Below are positions 40,913-55,962 of a stretch of 64,000 bases of DNA, piece by piece. The stretch is from contig OZ024745.1 of assembly GCA_964016885.1 (NCBI GenBank), positions 85,932,001 through 85,996,000 on the forward strand, read 5' to 3'. The DNA is from Eledone cirrhosa. Its lineage: Eukaryota. The notes below the pieces were generated by a model that saw only the letters and a list, made by a program, of their open reading frames with translations, did no database searches and was not told the origin of the DNA. A program made the position numbers and the translations under genes. Every line of letters starts with the position of its first letter. Position 1 is the first letter of the stretch.

Positions 40913-41136
40913 TATATATTATATATATATATTATATATATATATATTATATATATATATTATATATATTATATATACATATATTATATATATATATATT
41001 ATATATATATATATATTATATATATATATGTTATATATTATATATTATATATTATATATATATATTATATATTATATCTATATATATATATATTACATAT
41101 ATATATATTATATATATATATATTATATATTATATA

Positions 41137-41322
41137 GGGCGGTGGATTGGCAGTATCGGTGGAGGGTCGGATTCCATGCTTTCCAGCATAGTTACGTCCC
41201 TTTACGATCTGAGTTCAAATCCCGCCGAGGTTGACTTTGCCTTCCATGCTTACGGGGTCGATAAAATAAAGTACCAGTAATGCACTGGGTAATTACTGGC
41301 CTTGTGCCTAAAGTAGAAACAA

Positions 41323-41323
<1 letters not shown>
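41137..41323 (+). mobile_element. Full-length tRNA-derived SINE (Meta-domain-like)
   Basis: gggcggtggattggcagtatcgg (A box) .. gagttcaaatccc (B box) .. core .. aaagtagaaacaat. Confidence 0.85.
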
Positions 41324-41365
<42 letters not shown>

Positions 41366-41412
41366 TTATATATATATTATATATATATATATATTATATA
41401 TATATATATATA

Positions 41413-41600
41413 GTGAAGGCGTGTGGCTGAGTGGTTAGAGAATTGGATTCACAATCTTGAGGTTGTGAGTTCGATTCCTGGATCGGGCGATGCGTTATGT
41501 CCATGAGCAAGAAACTTTATTTCACGCTGCACCTTCTACCTGGAGTTGCGACCGATAGATAGTACTAGCAACTGGAAAGACCAATCGGTCCGATTTCACG
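41413..41600 (+). mobile_element. tRNA-derived SINE with CORE-like domain
   Basis: A box tggctgagtgg, B box gagttcgattcc, then ttatgtccatgagcaagaaactt. Confidence 0.7.
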
Positions 41601-41853
41601 AAAGTCGATCGAGAGAAAAATATATATATTATAGATATATATATATATATTATAGATATATATATATATTATATATATATATATTATATATATATATTAT
41701 ATATTATATATATATATATTATATATATATATATATATATTATGTATATATATATATATTATATATATATAAATATTATATATATATATATATTATATAT
41801 ATATTATATATATATATATATATATCATATATATATATTATATATATATATAT

Positions 41854-41885
<32 letters not shown>

Positions 41886-41971
41886 ATTATATATATATAT
41901 TATATATATATATATTATATATATATATTATATATATATATAAATAATATATATATATTATGTATATATAT

Positions 41972-42018
<47 letters not shown>

Positions 42019-42038
42019 TATATATATTATATATATAT

Positions 42039-42072
<34 letters not shown>

Positions 42073-42240
42073 ATATAATATATATATATAATATATATAT
42101 TATATATATATATATATTATATACATATATATATTATATATATATATATATTATATATATACATTATATATATATATATTATATATTATATATATATTAT
42201 ATATATATATATTATATATATATATATATTATATATATAT

Positions 42241-42270
<30 letters not shown>

Positions 42271-42271
<1 letters not shown>

Positions 42272-44170
42272 ATTAATACAATAACAGAAATAGTTTAAAG
42301 CTAAACTCTGACTGGTATCCATCTCACTCAACAAACATTAGGCTATATTTAAATATAAACCCAATTTAAGTGTTTGGGGTGCTAACAATATGTATAATGT
42401 GGAAAAACCAGTTGTATTATTTTATGAGATATAATTAAAGTTAAAATACATCTCTCTTTCCAAACAATTGTTTCATTATAAATTTTCTACAAGTTGGGAG
42501 AATATTTCCAGTTTATGTATAAGCCTAATATATATTCATATAAGAATATATTTAGGTGGGCGCTTATAAATCATCAGTGGAACCCATTAAACTTTGATAT
42601 AAGAAAGAAATTCTTACCGCAGTCAAATATCGTGTTTGTTAAGTTGCTCCTTCTCGCATCAAATGACCGCCAAATTTGAAATTCCAGAAGTTCTTGACTG
42701 AGGAAGTATCATAGCGACACGAAGCGGATAGGGGAGACAACTACGATCCACGAAAGGAGGAAAAAAATAATAATATACACGCCGGTTAATTAGTTTTTTC
42801 GAAAACATTATCAATCCAACGTGTTAAGAACTCAATTGAAAATAAAAAAAATAAATATATGCGTGTATAAATTACACACGCATATAGATATTTTCTTAGG
42901 CTAAAATCAGAAGTTGTACCCCAATAAGAACCGCATCTCATAACCGCAGTAAATACAGAAAGTTATGCTTTAAAGGTCAAATGGGAATGTAAATCTCCGG
43001 CCGAATTAAGAGTAAAATATAAAACACACGCGGGTTAATTAGTCACTTCAAAACTAATATCAATTCCTCGTGTAAAGAACTCAATTAATTAAAGAAAATA
43101 AATGTATGCATGTAATTATATACATAGGCATATATATTTTTTCTTGGGCTAAAAAACAGAGAAGTTACAACCAAAAAACCCACAACATTTCACAACAGTA
43201 ATAAATACGGAAAGTCAAATTCATAAGGTACCTGGAAATAAACACCTCTGGCCAATCAAGAGTAAATATTTAATACAATAACAGAGATAGTTTAAAGCTA
43301 AACTCTGACTGGTATCCATCTCACTCAACAAACATTAGGCTATATTTAAATATAAACCCAATTTAAGTGTTTGGGGTGCTAACAATATGTATAATGTGGA
43401 AAAACCAGTTGTATTATTTTATGAGATATAATTAAAGTTAAAATACATCTCTCTTTCCAAACAATTGTTTCATTATAAATTTTCTACAAGTTGGGATAAT
43501 ATTTCCAGTTTATGTAGAAGCCTAATATATATTCATATAAGAATATATTTAGGTGGGCGCTTATAAATCATCAGTGGAACCCATTAAACTTTGATATAAG
43601 AAAGAAATTCTTACCGCAGCCAAAAATCGTGTCTGTTAAGTTGCTCCTTCTCGCATCAAATTACCGCCAAATTTGAAATTCCAGCAGTTCTTGACTGAGG
43701 AAGTATCCTAGCGACACGAAGCGGGAAGGGGAGACAACTATGATCCACGAAAGGAGGAAAAAAATAATAATATACACGCGGGTTAATTAGTTTTTTCGAA
43801 AACATTATCAATCCAACGTGTTAAGAACTCAATTGAAAATAAAAAAAATAAATATATGCGTGTATAAATTACACACGCATATAGATATTTTCTTAGGCTA
43901 AAATCAGAAGTTGTACCCCAATAAGAACCGCATCTCATAACCGCAGTAAATACAGAAAGTCATGCTTTAAAGGGCAAATGGGAATGTAAATCTCCGGCCG
44001 AATTAAGAGTAAAATGTAAAATACACGCGGGTTAATTAGTCATTTCAAAACTAATATCAATTCCTCGTGTAAAGAACTGAATTAATTAAAGAAAATAAAT
44101 GTATGCATGTAATTATATACATAGGCATATATATATTTTCTTCGGCTAAAAAACAGAGAAGTTACAACCA
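42271..44170. repeat. Family L: ~1.9 tandem units of 997 bp, each with an internal ~250-bp diverged duplication
   Basis: taatacaataacag at 42274 and 43271; acacgc.ggttaattag at ~42777 and ~43026; no long ORF. Confidence 0.85.
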
Positions 44171-44291
44171 ATATATATTATATATTATAGCAACATCGGT
44201 TAAAGTGTTCACCATTAACTCAAGGATGGATGTGGATATATTCATGTATATGTGTGTGTCCGCATGTATCTGTGTGTTTCTCAATATATTG

Positions 44292-44322
<31 letters not shown>

Positions 44323-44840
44323 ATATATATATATATATTATATATATATATTATATACATATATATATATATATATTATATATATATATAAATTATATTA
44401 TATATATATATTATATATATGTATATATATATATTGTATATATATTATATATATATATATATATCATATATATATTATATATATATTATATATATATATT
44501 ATAAAATATATATATATATATATTTTATATATATATATATATTATATATATATTATATATATATTATATATATATTAAATATATATATATTATATATATA
44601 TTTAATATATATATATTATATATATTATATATATATATTATATATATAGATATTATATATATTATATATATATATTATATATATATATATTATATATATA
44701 ATATATATATATATATAATACATATATATATATATTATATATATATTATATATATATATATATTATATATATATATATTATATATATATATATTATATAT
44801 ATATATGTATATTATAAATATATATATATTATATATATAC

Positions 44841-44882
<42 letters not shown>

Positions 44883-45244
44883 ATATATATTATATATATA
44901 TATCTATCATATATATATTATATATATATTATATATATATATATATATGATATATATATATATTATATATATTATATATATAATATATATATATATATAT
45001 TATATATATATATACATATATTATATATCTAACTATATAATATATATATATATATATTATATATATATAGATTATATATATATATATATTTTATCTATAT
45101 ATGTATTATATTTATATATATATATTATATATATATATATTATATATATATATATATATTATATATATATATGATATATATATATATTATATATATATAC
45201 ATTATATATTATATATAAATTTCATATATTATATATATATATAT

Positions 45245-45278
<34 letters not shown>

Positions 45279-45434
45279 ATTATTTATATATATATATTAG
45301 ATTTATATATATTATATATATATATATTATATATATAAATATATTTTATATATATATATATATTATATATATATATATTATATATATAAATATATATTAG
45401 ATATATATTATATATAGATATATATATTATATAT

Positions 45435-45720
45435 ATTTCGTTTGTGAATTTGTTTATAAAACAAAGAAAAGAATCCGCAGTCACCGAAGATGTCACAGAA
45501 TGTGTGACGAATAAACTTTGACAATATTTAAACAATCATCCGGTTGTGGAACCAACCAACCGTAAATTTATAAATTCCTAAATTATAATAAATTGAAGTG
45601 AAAGTAACTGGTGCGTTTGTCTCTTATTGGCAATATGGCCCTCCCAAAGTATAACAATATCGGTTTCAACACACGTCTTCAGATAAAAATTCTTGCTAAA
45701 CAAATTCAGAAACGAAATAT
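45435..45720 (+). mobile_element. Degenerate family A copy with a ~22-bp inverted arm
   Basis: HHR decayed (ccgaaga, gaat); atatttcgtttgtgaatttgttta inverts the right end. Confidence 0.8.
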
Positions 45721-45786
45721 ATATTATATATATATATATATATTATATATATATATTATATATATATATATTATATATATATATAC

Positions 45787-45882
<96 letters not shown>

Positions 45883-45888
45883 ATATAC

Positions 45889-45947
<59 letters not shown>

Positions 45948-46021
45948 ATATATATATATAATAATATATATATATGTATATATACATAATATGTATATAT
46001 ATATAATATATATATATATAT

Positions 46022-46057
<36 letters not shown>

Positions 46058-46544
46058 TTATTATATATATATTATATATATATATATTATATATATATAT
46101 ATACATATTATATATATATACATATATATATATTATATATATATATATATATTATATATATATATATATTATATATATATATATATATTATATATATATA
46201 TATATTATATATATATTATATATATATTATATATATATATATGTTATATATATTATATATATTATATATATATATATTATATAATTATATATTATATATA
46301 TATTACATATGTATTATATATATATATTATATATATATTATATATATATTATATATATATTATATATATATATATATTATATATATAATATATATATATA
46401 TAGTAATTATATATATATTATATATATATTATATATATATAATATATATATATTATATATATATATATTATAAATATATATTATATATATATATTATATA
46501 TATATTATATATATATTATAGATATATTGAATATATTATATATA

Positions 46545-46592
<48 letters not shown>

Positions 46593-46899
46593 ATATATAG
46601 ATATATTATATAGATACATATTCTATATATATATATAAATATATATTATATATATATATTATATATATTTATTATATATATATATTATATATATATATAA
46701 TATATATATATATTATATATATATATATATTATATATATATATATTATATATATATATATATATTATATATATAGAGCACTCTTCACTTCAATGACCTTT
46801 TCTGTTTTCAACGAAAATTTCAATACTATTATATATATATATATATATTTTATATATATATATATTATATATATATATTATATATATATTATATATATA

Positions 46900-46937
<38 letters not shown>

Positions 46938-46974
46938 CATAAATATATCTTATATATATATATTATATATATAT

Positions 46975-47199
46975 TATTATGTAATAAACAACATAAGGCA
47001 ATTATTCCATTTACCAGTGGTTTCTTAAAAGCAAAAGGTTTGGCTTTCAATCCTCAGAACGAAAAAATCCTGGTTTGTTTATTGAATTTGGATCTTAAAA
47101 ACAAAAAAAAGCAAGCTATATGAAAGTGAGGCTGGAGAAGGAAGAAGGAAAGGAAAAAATAAAAACAAAATAAGACTACCCATACAACCACACATACAC

Positions 47200-47240
<41 letters not shown>

Positions 47241-47628
47241 CACGCACACACACACACACACACACACGCGTATACAAATATAAATATATTTTTCCCCCAT
47301 ACACATGTGTGTGCGTGCATGCGCGCATACGCACAGGGTATGATCTGTTGAAAGTGTCTCGTGAATTTATGGCTACAGTTGTATAGATTACACTTAGAAA
47401 TTGTCCACAGAATTCCCTAAACCTTGGTCAATATACTAGAACCTTTAAGAATTTAGCTTTTAAGGAATCTCCCCTTCCTCCAAATCTATCTACCATGACT
47501 GACCCCATACTGATCTTACAGACACCTGTAAGCTAAAGAGAAAGCCAATGATAAGGATTGGCTCCAATCTGAATACAGAAATCTGTCTGGCTTTGTTCCT
47601 CTAAGAACAAACATATACAAACATTCAT

Positions 47629-47665
<37 letters not shown>

Positions 47666-47683
47666 TATCTACACACACACACG

Positions 47684-47737
<54 letters not shown>

Positions 47738-48091
47738 TACACACACACACATGCATATATACACACACATACACACACACAAAAGCACATATACATACGC
47801 ACGAAATAGTCAACGCATTCACACTCTCACACATAAAAAAATGTTTCAATTACAAATACATAACCGCATACATACGCATACATGCATAACCACGCACAAG
47901 TGTACAATCTATACACACACACACATGTGTATACAACTATATGCACACACACACATATATATATACACACACGTACACATACACACACATATACATACAT
48001 AGCTAAACAATTATACACATACAAATACGTATATATCATAAACACGCACAACAGAACACAAACACACACACACACACACACACACACATTT

Positions 48092-48122
<31 letters not shown>

Positions 48123-48215
48123 ATTATCAATATATACACACGCACATATGTACACACACACATATATACACACACACACATATATACATACACATATATA
48201 TATATATATATATAT
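46975..48215 (-). mobile_element. PLE 3'UTR family J1; HHR at 47006-47063
   Basis: 46975-47630 is the reverse complement of ~58000-58700; CA/TA-rich remainder. Confidence 0.8.
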
Positions 48216-48412
48216 ATTAGGTATAGGATTATCCAAGATGCAGTGATGGTTAATTACTACACTGGATATGGTTGACGTACGGTAAGAGGTTACTCTACGA
48301 GTTATGGAAGAATTGTTCAAGAAACTTAGTTCCTGATCCTTCAGTATTCCGGAGTGTATATAAAGAATGAATAATAACAGGTAGACATCATAAAAAGGTA
48401 GTTTATTCCGTG

Positions 48413-48524
48413 TGCTTACAAGTGTTTCCACGGTGGTACTGCAGCCTAGTTCCGCTACGTGCAAATTCACAAGTATTTGCAGAACTCGAATATCCAATGC
48501 TGTGACCACTGTTTCCTCAGAGCA
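48413..48524 (-). ncRNA. Type I hammerhead with branched stem II
   Basis: Copy of 56458-56569. Confidence 0.75.
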
Positions 48525-49019
48525 GAATGGTAAATATACAATGTAAAAACCCTTAAGTGGGGTTGTTGGGGAAGATAGAGTGGAACAGGAAGAGAGAAAA
48601 GTAGGGAAGATGGAGAGAGAAGGAAAGATATGCAGGGGTTGGAGAAGTAGGAGAGAGCGGCTTGTAGATATCTTAATCAAAATGTTATGGTAGGGGTTTT
48701 ATTAGTTACTTTTGGAGAGATGCGTAGATAGTTGAGGTCGGAATTATTTATTGCCCCAGAGGTCAAGTTCATAGATGTTGAGAGGGAGGTAGGTCAAAGG
48801 TGAGAGAGAGAGAGAGTGTAATGGATGTAGAGAGAGATATATAGGTAGAGAGGGGACAGATAAAGTATATGTGGTGAGTGAACTTTTGGTTTTGTAGTAG
48901 TAATCTAGGAATTGTACTGAGTTACCATGTATAGTGATAAGCAGTGTATTGTCTTGTAGTGTGGGGGAGAAGAGAAGGTTGTTAGCTAGAAAGTGGTGTT
49001 GTAGTTACGGGTTCGGATG

Positions 49020-51348
49020 TTAAGTTATTTTATAGTGAGAGAATTTAGCTTTTAGTTTGTGGTTGCAGTATAATGATCGTTCAATTCTATCGTTAAGTAG
49101 TTTGTTTTTGGATTTTAGTATGTAAAATAGCTCAAGGTTACATAACCTGCAGTACTTCAAACCACTCCGATATGCATTTGCGCTGGAAAGTATATCCCAT
49201 TTTAAGGTGAACTGTTGGTTGTGTTCACGGAGTTGCCAGGTCTTGTTGGCGAGCGTGGTCACAAAACGGTGATTCTGATGTTTGATTGAGAATCGATGAC
49301 GGTACCAGCGAGATTTAAACGATGTGGTGGTAGATCCGATATAATACCATTTCTGGTCGTCCGATTCAACCGTGCATTGGTAAACAATGTTGGACTTTAG
49401 GCATTCATTCTGCAATGGACATCTTTCAGGTAGATGGCAGTTACATGCTTTGTTGTGGGTAGCGGGTATACCATGGATAGGTTGTGATAGCGGTACAGGT
49501 GGGTTGTGCAATACCCGTCTCCCATTTAGTGGTTGGGAGGCAGATATTGCGTTCTGCCCATCTGTTACTAAAATGTTTTGTTTTGTAGAGTTGTTTAATT
49601 GCCTTAAGTTAAGTTTTTTTATGTATGCTTCAAGGTTTGGTGCCGTGGAGTATGATAGTCTAATAGTTTTGGAGTTCAGAATTTTGCTGTACTTATGGGA
49701 ACTAGGGAAGTGTTTATTGATTAATTTAAAGAATGAAAGAGATAGTTTTGTACTAATCGAGGCATTAAAAATAGGATTATACCAGATATACTTTCTACAA
49801 CGTGATTTATTTGGTGGTGATCTTCTATTATTAGTATGTCTGGTAGTATAGTGTGTGTGTGCTTGTGTTTTAGTTCCCCGGTTACGTATACCTTGATTAC
49901 GTGTAGAGCTATGTGTGTTGTGGAAATTACTATCGATGTATTCTATTGTATCCCGGTGGTCAGCATTCCTTAATGCATTATTGTAGTATTCAGCATGTTC
50001 GCTAAAAATATCAGAGTTAGACGATAGGCGAGAGATTCTAAGAGAAATATTCCGGGGAACTGATTTGATCATGGAGAGTGGGTGGTTAGAGTTAAAGTCA
50101 ATATACGTAAGGTTCTCATTTACCTTGTGGAAGGGTCGTATCTGTCCGGTATTTAAATTAAGAGTTACGTCCAGAAAGTTAACTACCTTAAGATTGTATT
50201 CGTATGTTATTTTTAGGCCCAGTTCACTAAAAGATTTTCTAATATTTTTCCGTAGCCTTTCAAGATTTTGGTTATTCAAGTTATTAACTAATAAGAGCCC
50301 GTCATCTCTATATATCCCCCCCCTGTAGATTACTAAATCTACTATGTAATATGTGGGCTATGTAAATTCCCACGAGATCCGTGACCTCCGCCGAGTCGTT
50401 GGAACCCATGGTAATATCGAAATTTGTGGGTCTGTCCTTACGTTCCCAGTAGCAGTTATCGAACTTAATAATGGTTTTTCTAGCCTCGAGAATAATATTA
50501 ATTTCGTCCTCCGTTAGGTCGGAATTGGCCTTAGCAAACGATAGGGCCTTACGTAAAGTGCTTGGTGAGATGGAAGAGTAGTATTCGTCTATGTCAAATT
50601 GTATAAACTTAGATTTATTCTTATTCTTAACATTATTAAACCAGCGAATTGCTTCGCTAGTGTTGCCCCATAATTTAATTTCAATTTTCTTTTTCACTTG
50701 AGTTATTACTCTGTCAAGTATATGTTTACTAATTTTCCCTATGTCTGATTTAGAAGGGCATATAAGTCTAATCTTAGGGTTAGAGTCAAAATTTACCTTA
50801 TGGTCCTTCAGGTTAAAGGTGGGGGTAGCGGGTATAATCGGCTCGGTTCTATCGTCTATCTTGAGATTCTTTACCACTTTGTATGCCTCGTTGTTAATAT
50901 TTGCTAGCGTAGTTTCATTTGTTTTTCTATATTTTTTGTGTAGTTCGTTGCGTATGAAGTTATTATACGTATCGATATCCATGGTATACACGTTAGAAGT
51001 CTTGTCAGCTTTCACAACAATTCCATTGGTATTTTGCAATCTTCGGAGTAGTGCTTTCATGTTGTTCTGCAGCTCATTATTTCTATGTCTGTTGAACTTA
51101 ATGTTCATGGTAGTTTTCAATAAGTCCTGTTCGAAAGCTTCGAGGTGAGGGTTTGTAGGTGGGTTTTTACATGATTTAAAACCATATGATTCAGACGAGT
51201 GATTGGCGCGTCCTTTATCGAAGTGGAAAGCTTTCCATCGTACACGCCGAATGAAGTCGTTACTGCGTTGAATCATACTGAGAATATATTCCCTTTTGTT
51301 AGGTATAGGTATGTTTTTAAGTGACATACCTATATGATGCCTTTCCAT
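49020..51348 (-). CDS. PLE RT-GIY-YIG (~775 aa) split only by a G8 run before YRDD
   Basis: ATG at 51348; KADKT, LKDHK, RLICP, QFDIDEYYSSI, MGSNDSAEV, G(G)IYRDDGL across the shift, NFLDVTL, CNC..CPLQNEC, IVYQC, YIGST, CRLC, CNH. Resembles the Hydra PLE clade as I recall it; needs phylogeny. Confidence 0.85.
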
Positions 51349-51593
51349 ATTAATGCCGTGTGTCAATGTGGTTGCTCAACTATGTAGGAGACGATTATTA
51401 GGTATAGGATTATCCAAGATGCAGTGATGGTTAATTACTACACTGGATATGGTTGACGTACGGTAAGAGGTTGCTCTACGAGTTATGGAAGAATTGTTCA
51501 AGAAACTTAGTTCCTGATCCTTCAGTATTCCGGAGTGTATATAAAGAATGAATAATAACAGGTAGACATCATAAAAAGGTAGTTTATTCCGTG

Positions 51594-51705
51594 TGCTTAC
51601 AAGTGTTTCCACGGTGGTACTGCAGCCTAGTTCCGCTACGTGCAAATTCACAAGTATTTGCAGAACTCGAATATCCAATGCTGTGACCACTGTTTCCTCA
51701 GAGCA
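51594..51705 (-). ncRNA. Type I hammerhead with branched stem II
   Basis: Copy of 56458-56569; lies ~250 nt upstream of the ORF ATG. Confidence 0.75.
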
Positions 51706-52200
51706 GAATGGTAAATATACAATGTAAAAACCCTTAAGTGGGGTTGTTGGGGAAGATAGAGTGGAACAGGAAGAGAGAAAAGTAGGGAAGATGGAGAGAG
51801 AAGGAAAGATATGCAGGGGTTGGAGAAGTAGGAGAGAGCGGCTTGTAGATATCTTAATCAAAATGTTATGGTAGGTGTTTTATTAGTTACTTTTGGAGAG
51901 ATGCGTAGATAGTTGAGGTCGGAATTATTTATTGCCCCAGAGGTCAAGTTCATAGATGTTGAGAGGGAGGTAGGTCAAAGGTGAGAGAGAGAGAGAGTGT
52001 AATGGATGTAGAGAGAGATATATAGGTAGAGAGGGGACAGATAAAGTATATGTGGTGAGTGAACTTTTGGTTTTGTAGTAGTAATCTAGGAATTGTACTG
52101 AGTTACCATGTATAGTGATAAGCAGTGTATTGTCTTGTAGTGTGGGGGAGAAGAGAAGGTTGTTAGCTAGAAAGTGGTGTTGTAGTTACGGGTTCGGATG

Positions 52201-53705
52201 TTAAGTTATTTTATAGTGAGAGAATTTAGCTTTTAGTTTGTGGTTGCAGTATAATGATCGTTCAATTCTATCGTTAAGTAGTTTGTTTTTGGATTTTAGT
52301 ATGTAAAATAGCTCAAGGTTACATAACCTGCAGTACTTCAAACCACTCCGATATGCATTTGCGCTGGAAAGTATATCCCATTTTAAGGTGAACTGTTGGT
52401 TGTGTTCACGGAGTTGCCAGGTCTTGTTGGCGAGCGTGGTCACAAAACGGTGATTCTGATGTTTGATTGAGAATCGATGACGGTACCAGCGAGATTTAAA
52501 CGATGTGGTGGTAGATCCGATATAATACCATTTCTGGTCGTCCGATTCAACCGTGCATTGGTAAACAATGTTGGACTTTAGGCATTCATTCTGCAATGGA
52601 CATCTTTCAGGTAGATGGCAGTTACATGCTTTGTTGTGGGTAGCGGGTATACCATGGATAGGTTGTGATAGCGGTACAGGTGGGTTGTGCAATACCCGTC
52701 TCCCATTTAGTGGTTGGGAGGCAGATATTGCGTTCTGCCCATCTGTTACTAAAATGTTTTGTTTTGTAGAGTTGTTTAATTGCCTTAAGTTAAGTTTTTT
52801 TATGTATGCTTCAAGGTTTGGTGCCGTGGAGTATGATAGTCTAATAGTTTTGGAGTTCAGAATTTTGCTGTACTTATGGGAACTAGGGAAGTGTTTATTG
52901 ATTAATTTAAAGAATGAAAGAGATAGTTTTGTACTAATCGAGGCATTAAAAATAGGATTATACCAGATATACTTTCTACAACGTGATTTATTTGGTGGTG
53001 ATCTTCTATTATTAGTATGTCTGGTAGTATAGTGTGTGTGTGCTTGTGTTTTAGTTCCCCGGTTACGTATACCTTGATTACGTGTAGAGCTATGTGTGTT
53101 GTGGAAATTACTATCGATGTATTCTATTGTATCCCGGTGGTCAGCATTCCTTAATGCATTATTGTAGTATTCAGCATGTTCGCTAAAAATATCAGAGTTA
53201 GACGATAGGCGAGAGATTCTAAGAGAAATATTCCGGGGAACTGATTTGATCATGGAGAGTGGGTGGTTAGAGTTAAAGTCAATATACGTAAGGTTCTCAT
53301 TTACCTTGTGGAAGGGTCGTATCTGTCCGGTATTTAAATTAAGAGTTACGTCCAGAAAGTTAACTACCTTAAGATTGTATTCGTATGTTATTTTTAGGCC
53401 CAGTTCACTAAAAGATTTTCTAATATTTTTACGTAGCCTTTCAAGATTTTGGTTATTCAAGTTATTAACTAATAAGAGCCCGTCATCTCTATATATCCCC
53501 CCCCCTGTAGATTACTAAATCTACTATGTAATATGTGGGCTATGTAAATTCCCACGAGATCCGTGACCTCCGCCGAGTCGTTGGAACCCATGGTAATATC
53601 GAAATTTGTGGGTCTGTCCTTACGTTCCCAGTAGCAGTTATCGAACTTAATAATGGTTTTTCTAGCCTCGAGAATAATATTAATTTCGTCCTCCGTTAGG
53701 TCGGT
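52201..53705 (-). pseudogene. 5'-truncated second copy of the PLE ORF (G9 run)
   Basis: Begins at DLTEDEIN; C-terminal 419 aa identical to the first copy. Confidence 0.9.
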
Positions 53706-55962
53706 ATGATTCAACGCAGTAACGACTTCATTCGGCGTGTACGATGGAAAGCTTTCCACTTCGATAAAGGACGCGCCAATCACTCGTCTGAATCATATGG
53801 TTTTAAATCATGTAAAAACCCACCTACAAACCCTCACCTCGAAGCTTTCGAACAGGACTTATTGAAAACTACCATGAACATTAAGTTCAACAGACATAGA
53901 AATAATGAGCTGCAGAACAACATGAAAGCACTACTCCGAAGATTGCAAAATACCAATGGAATTGTTGTGAAAGCTGACAAGACTTCTAACGTGTATACCA
54001 TGGATATCGATACGTATAATAACTTCATACGCAACGAACTACACAAAAAATATAGAAAAACAAATGAAACTACGCTAGCAAATATTAACAACGAGGCATA
54101 CAAAGTGGTAAAGAATCTCAAGATAGACGATAGAACCGAGCCGATTATACCCGCTACCCCCACCTTTAACCTGAAGGACCATAAGGTAAATTTTGACTCT
54201 AACCCTAAGATTAGACTTATATGCCCTTCTAAATCAGACATAGGGAAAATTAGTAAACATATACTTGACAGAGTAATAACTCAAGTGAAAAAGAAAATTG
54301 AAATTAAATTATGGGGCAACACTAGCGAAGCAATTCGCTGGTTTAATAATGTTAAGAATAAGAATAAATCTAAGTTTATACAATTTGACATAGACGAATA
54401 CTACTCTTCCATCTCACCAAGCACTTTACGTAAGGCCCTATCGTTTGCTAAGGCCAATTCCGACCTAACGGAGGACGAAATTAATATTATTCTCGAGGCT
54501 AGAAAAACCATTATTAAGTTCGATAACTGCTACTGGGAACGTAAGGACAGACCCACAAATTTCGATATTACCATGGGTTCCAACGACTCGGCGGAGGTCA
54601 CGGATCTCGTGGGAATTTACATAGCCCACATATTACATAGTAGATTTAGTAATCTACAGGGGGGGGATATATAGAGATGACGGGCTCTTATTAGTTAATA
54701 ACTTGAATAACCAAAATCTTGAAAGGCTACGGAAAAATATTAGAAAATCTTTTAGTGAACTGGGCCTAAAAATAACATACGAATACAATCTTAAGGTAGT
54801 TAACTTTCTAGACGTAACTCTTAATTTAAATACCGGACAGATACGACCCTTCCACAAGGTAAATGAGAACCTTACGTATATTGACTTTAACTCTAACCAC
54901 CCACTCTCCATGATCAAATCAGTTCCCCGGAATATTTCTCTTAGAATCTCTCGCCTATCGTCTAACTCTGATATTTTTAGCGAACATGCTGAATACTACA
55001 ATAATGCATTAAGGAATGCTGACCACCGGGATACAATAGAATACATCGATAGTAATTTCCACAACACACATAGCTCTACACGTAATCAAGGTATACGTAA
55101 CCGGGGAACTAAAACACAAGCACACACACACTATACTACCAGACATACTAATAATAGAAGATCACCACCAAATAAATCACGTTGTAGAAAGTATATCTGG
55201 TATAATCCTATTTTTAATGCCTCGATTAGTACAAAACTATCTCTTTCATTCTTTAAATTAATCAATAAACACTTCCCTAGTTCCCATAAGTACAGCAAAA
55301 TTCTGAACTCCAAAACTATTAGACTATCATACTCCACGGCACCAAACCTTGAAGCATACATAAAAAAACTTAACTTAAGGCAATTAAACAACTCTACAAA
55401 ACAAAACATTTTAGTAACAGATGGGCAGAACGCAATATCTGCCTCCCAACCACTAAATGGGAGACGGGTATTGCACAACCCACCTGTACCGCTATCACAA
55501 CCTATCCATGGTATACCCGCTACCCACAACAAAGCATGTAACTGCCATCTACCTGAAAGATGTCCATTGCAGAATGAATGCCTAAAGTCCAACATTGTTT
55601 ACCAATGCACGGTTGAATCGGACGACCAGAAATGGTATTATATCGGATCTACCACCACATCGTTTAAATCTCGCTGGTACCGTCATCGATTCTCAATCAA
55701 ACATCAGAATCACCGTTTTGTGACCACGCTCGCCAACAAGACCTGGCAACTCCGTGAACACAACCAACAGTTCACCTTAAAATGGGATATACTTTCCAGC
55801 GCAAATGCATATCGGAGTGGTTTGAAGTACTGCAGGTTATGTAACCTTGAGCTATTTTACATACTAAAATCCAAAAACAAACTACTTAACGATAGAATTG
55901 AACGATCATTTTACTGCAACCACAAACTAAAAGCTAAATTCTCTCGCTATAAAATAACTTAA
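53706..55962 (+). pseudogene. Inverted third copy of the PLE ORF lacking the first ~24 codons (G8 run)
   Basis: ORFs 53706-54674 and 54703-55962. Confidence 0.9.

Noticed and set aside
42694-42760. CTGAGGA..GAAA in family L as a hammerhead
   Set aside because: No UH cleavage site or stem I complement follows GAAA.
48090-48680. 196-aa ORF (also 51376-51861 and 56302-56760) in the PLE pLTR
   Set aside because: Non-ATG start, overlaps the pyrimidine-rich UTR and the HHR, and runs into microsatellite; identity across copies only reflects recent duplication.
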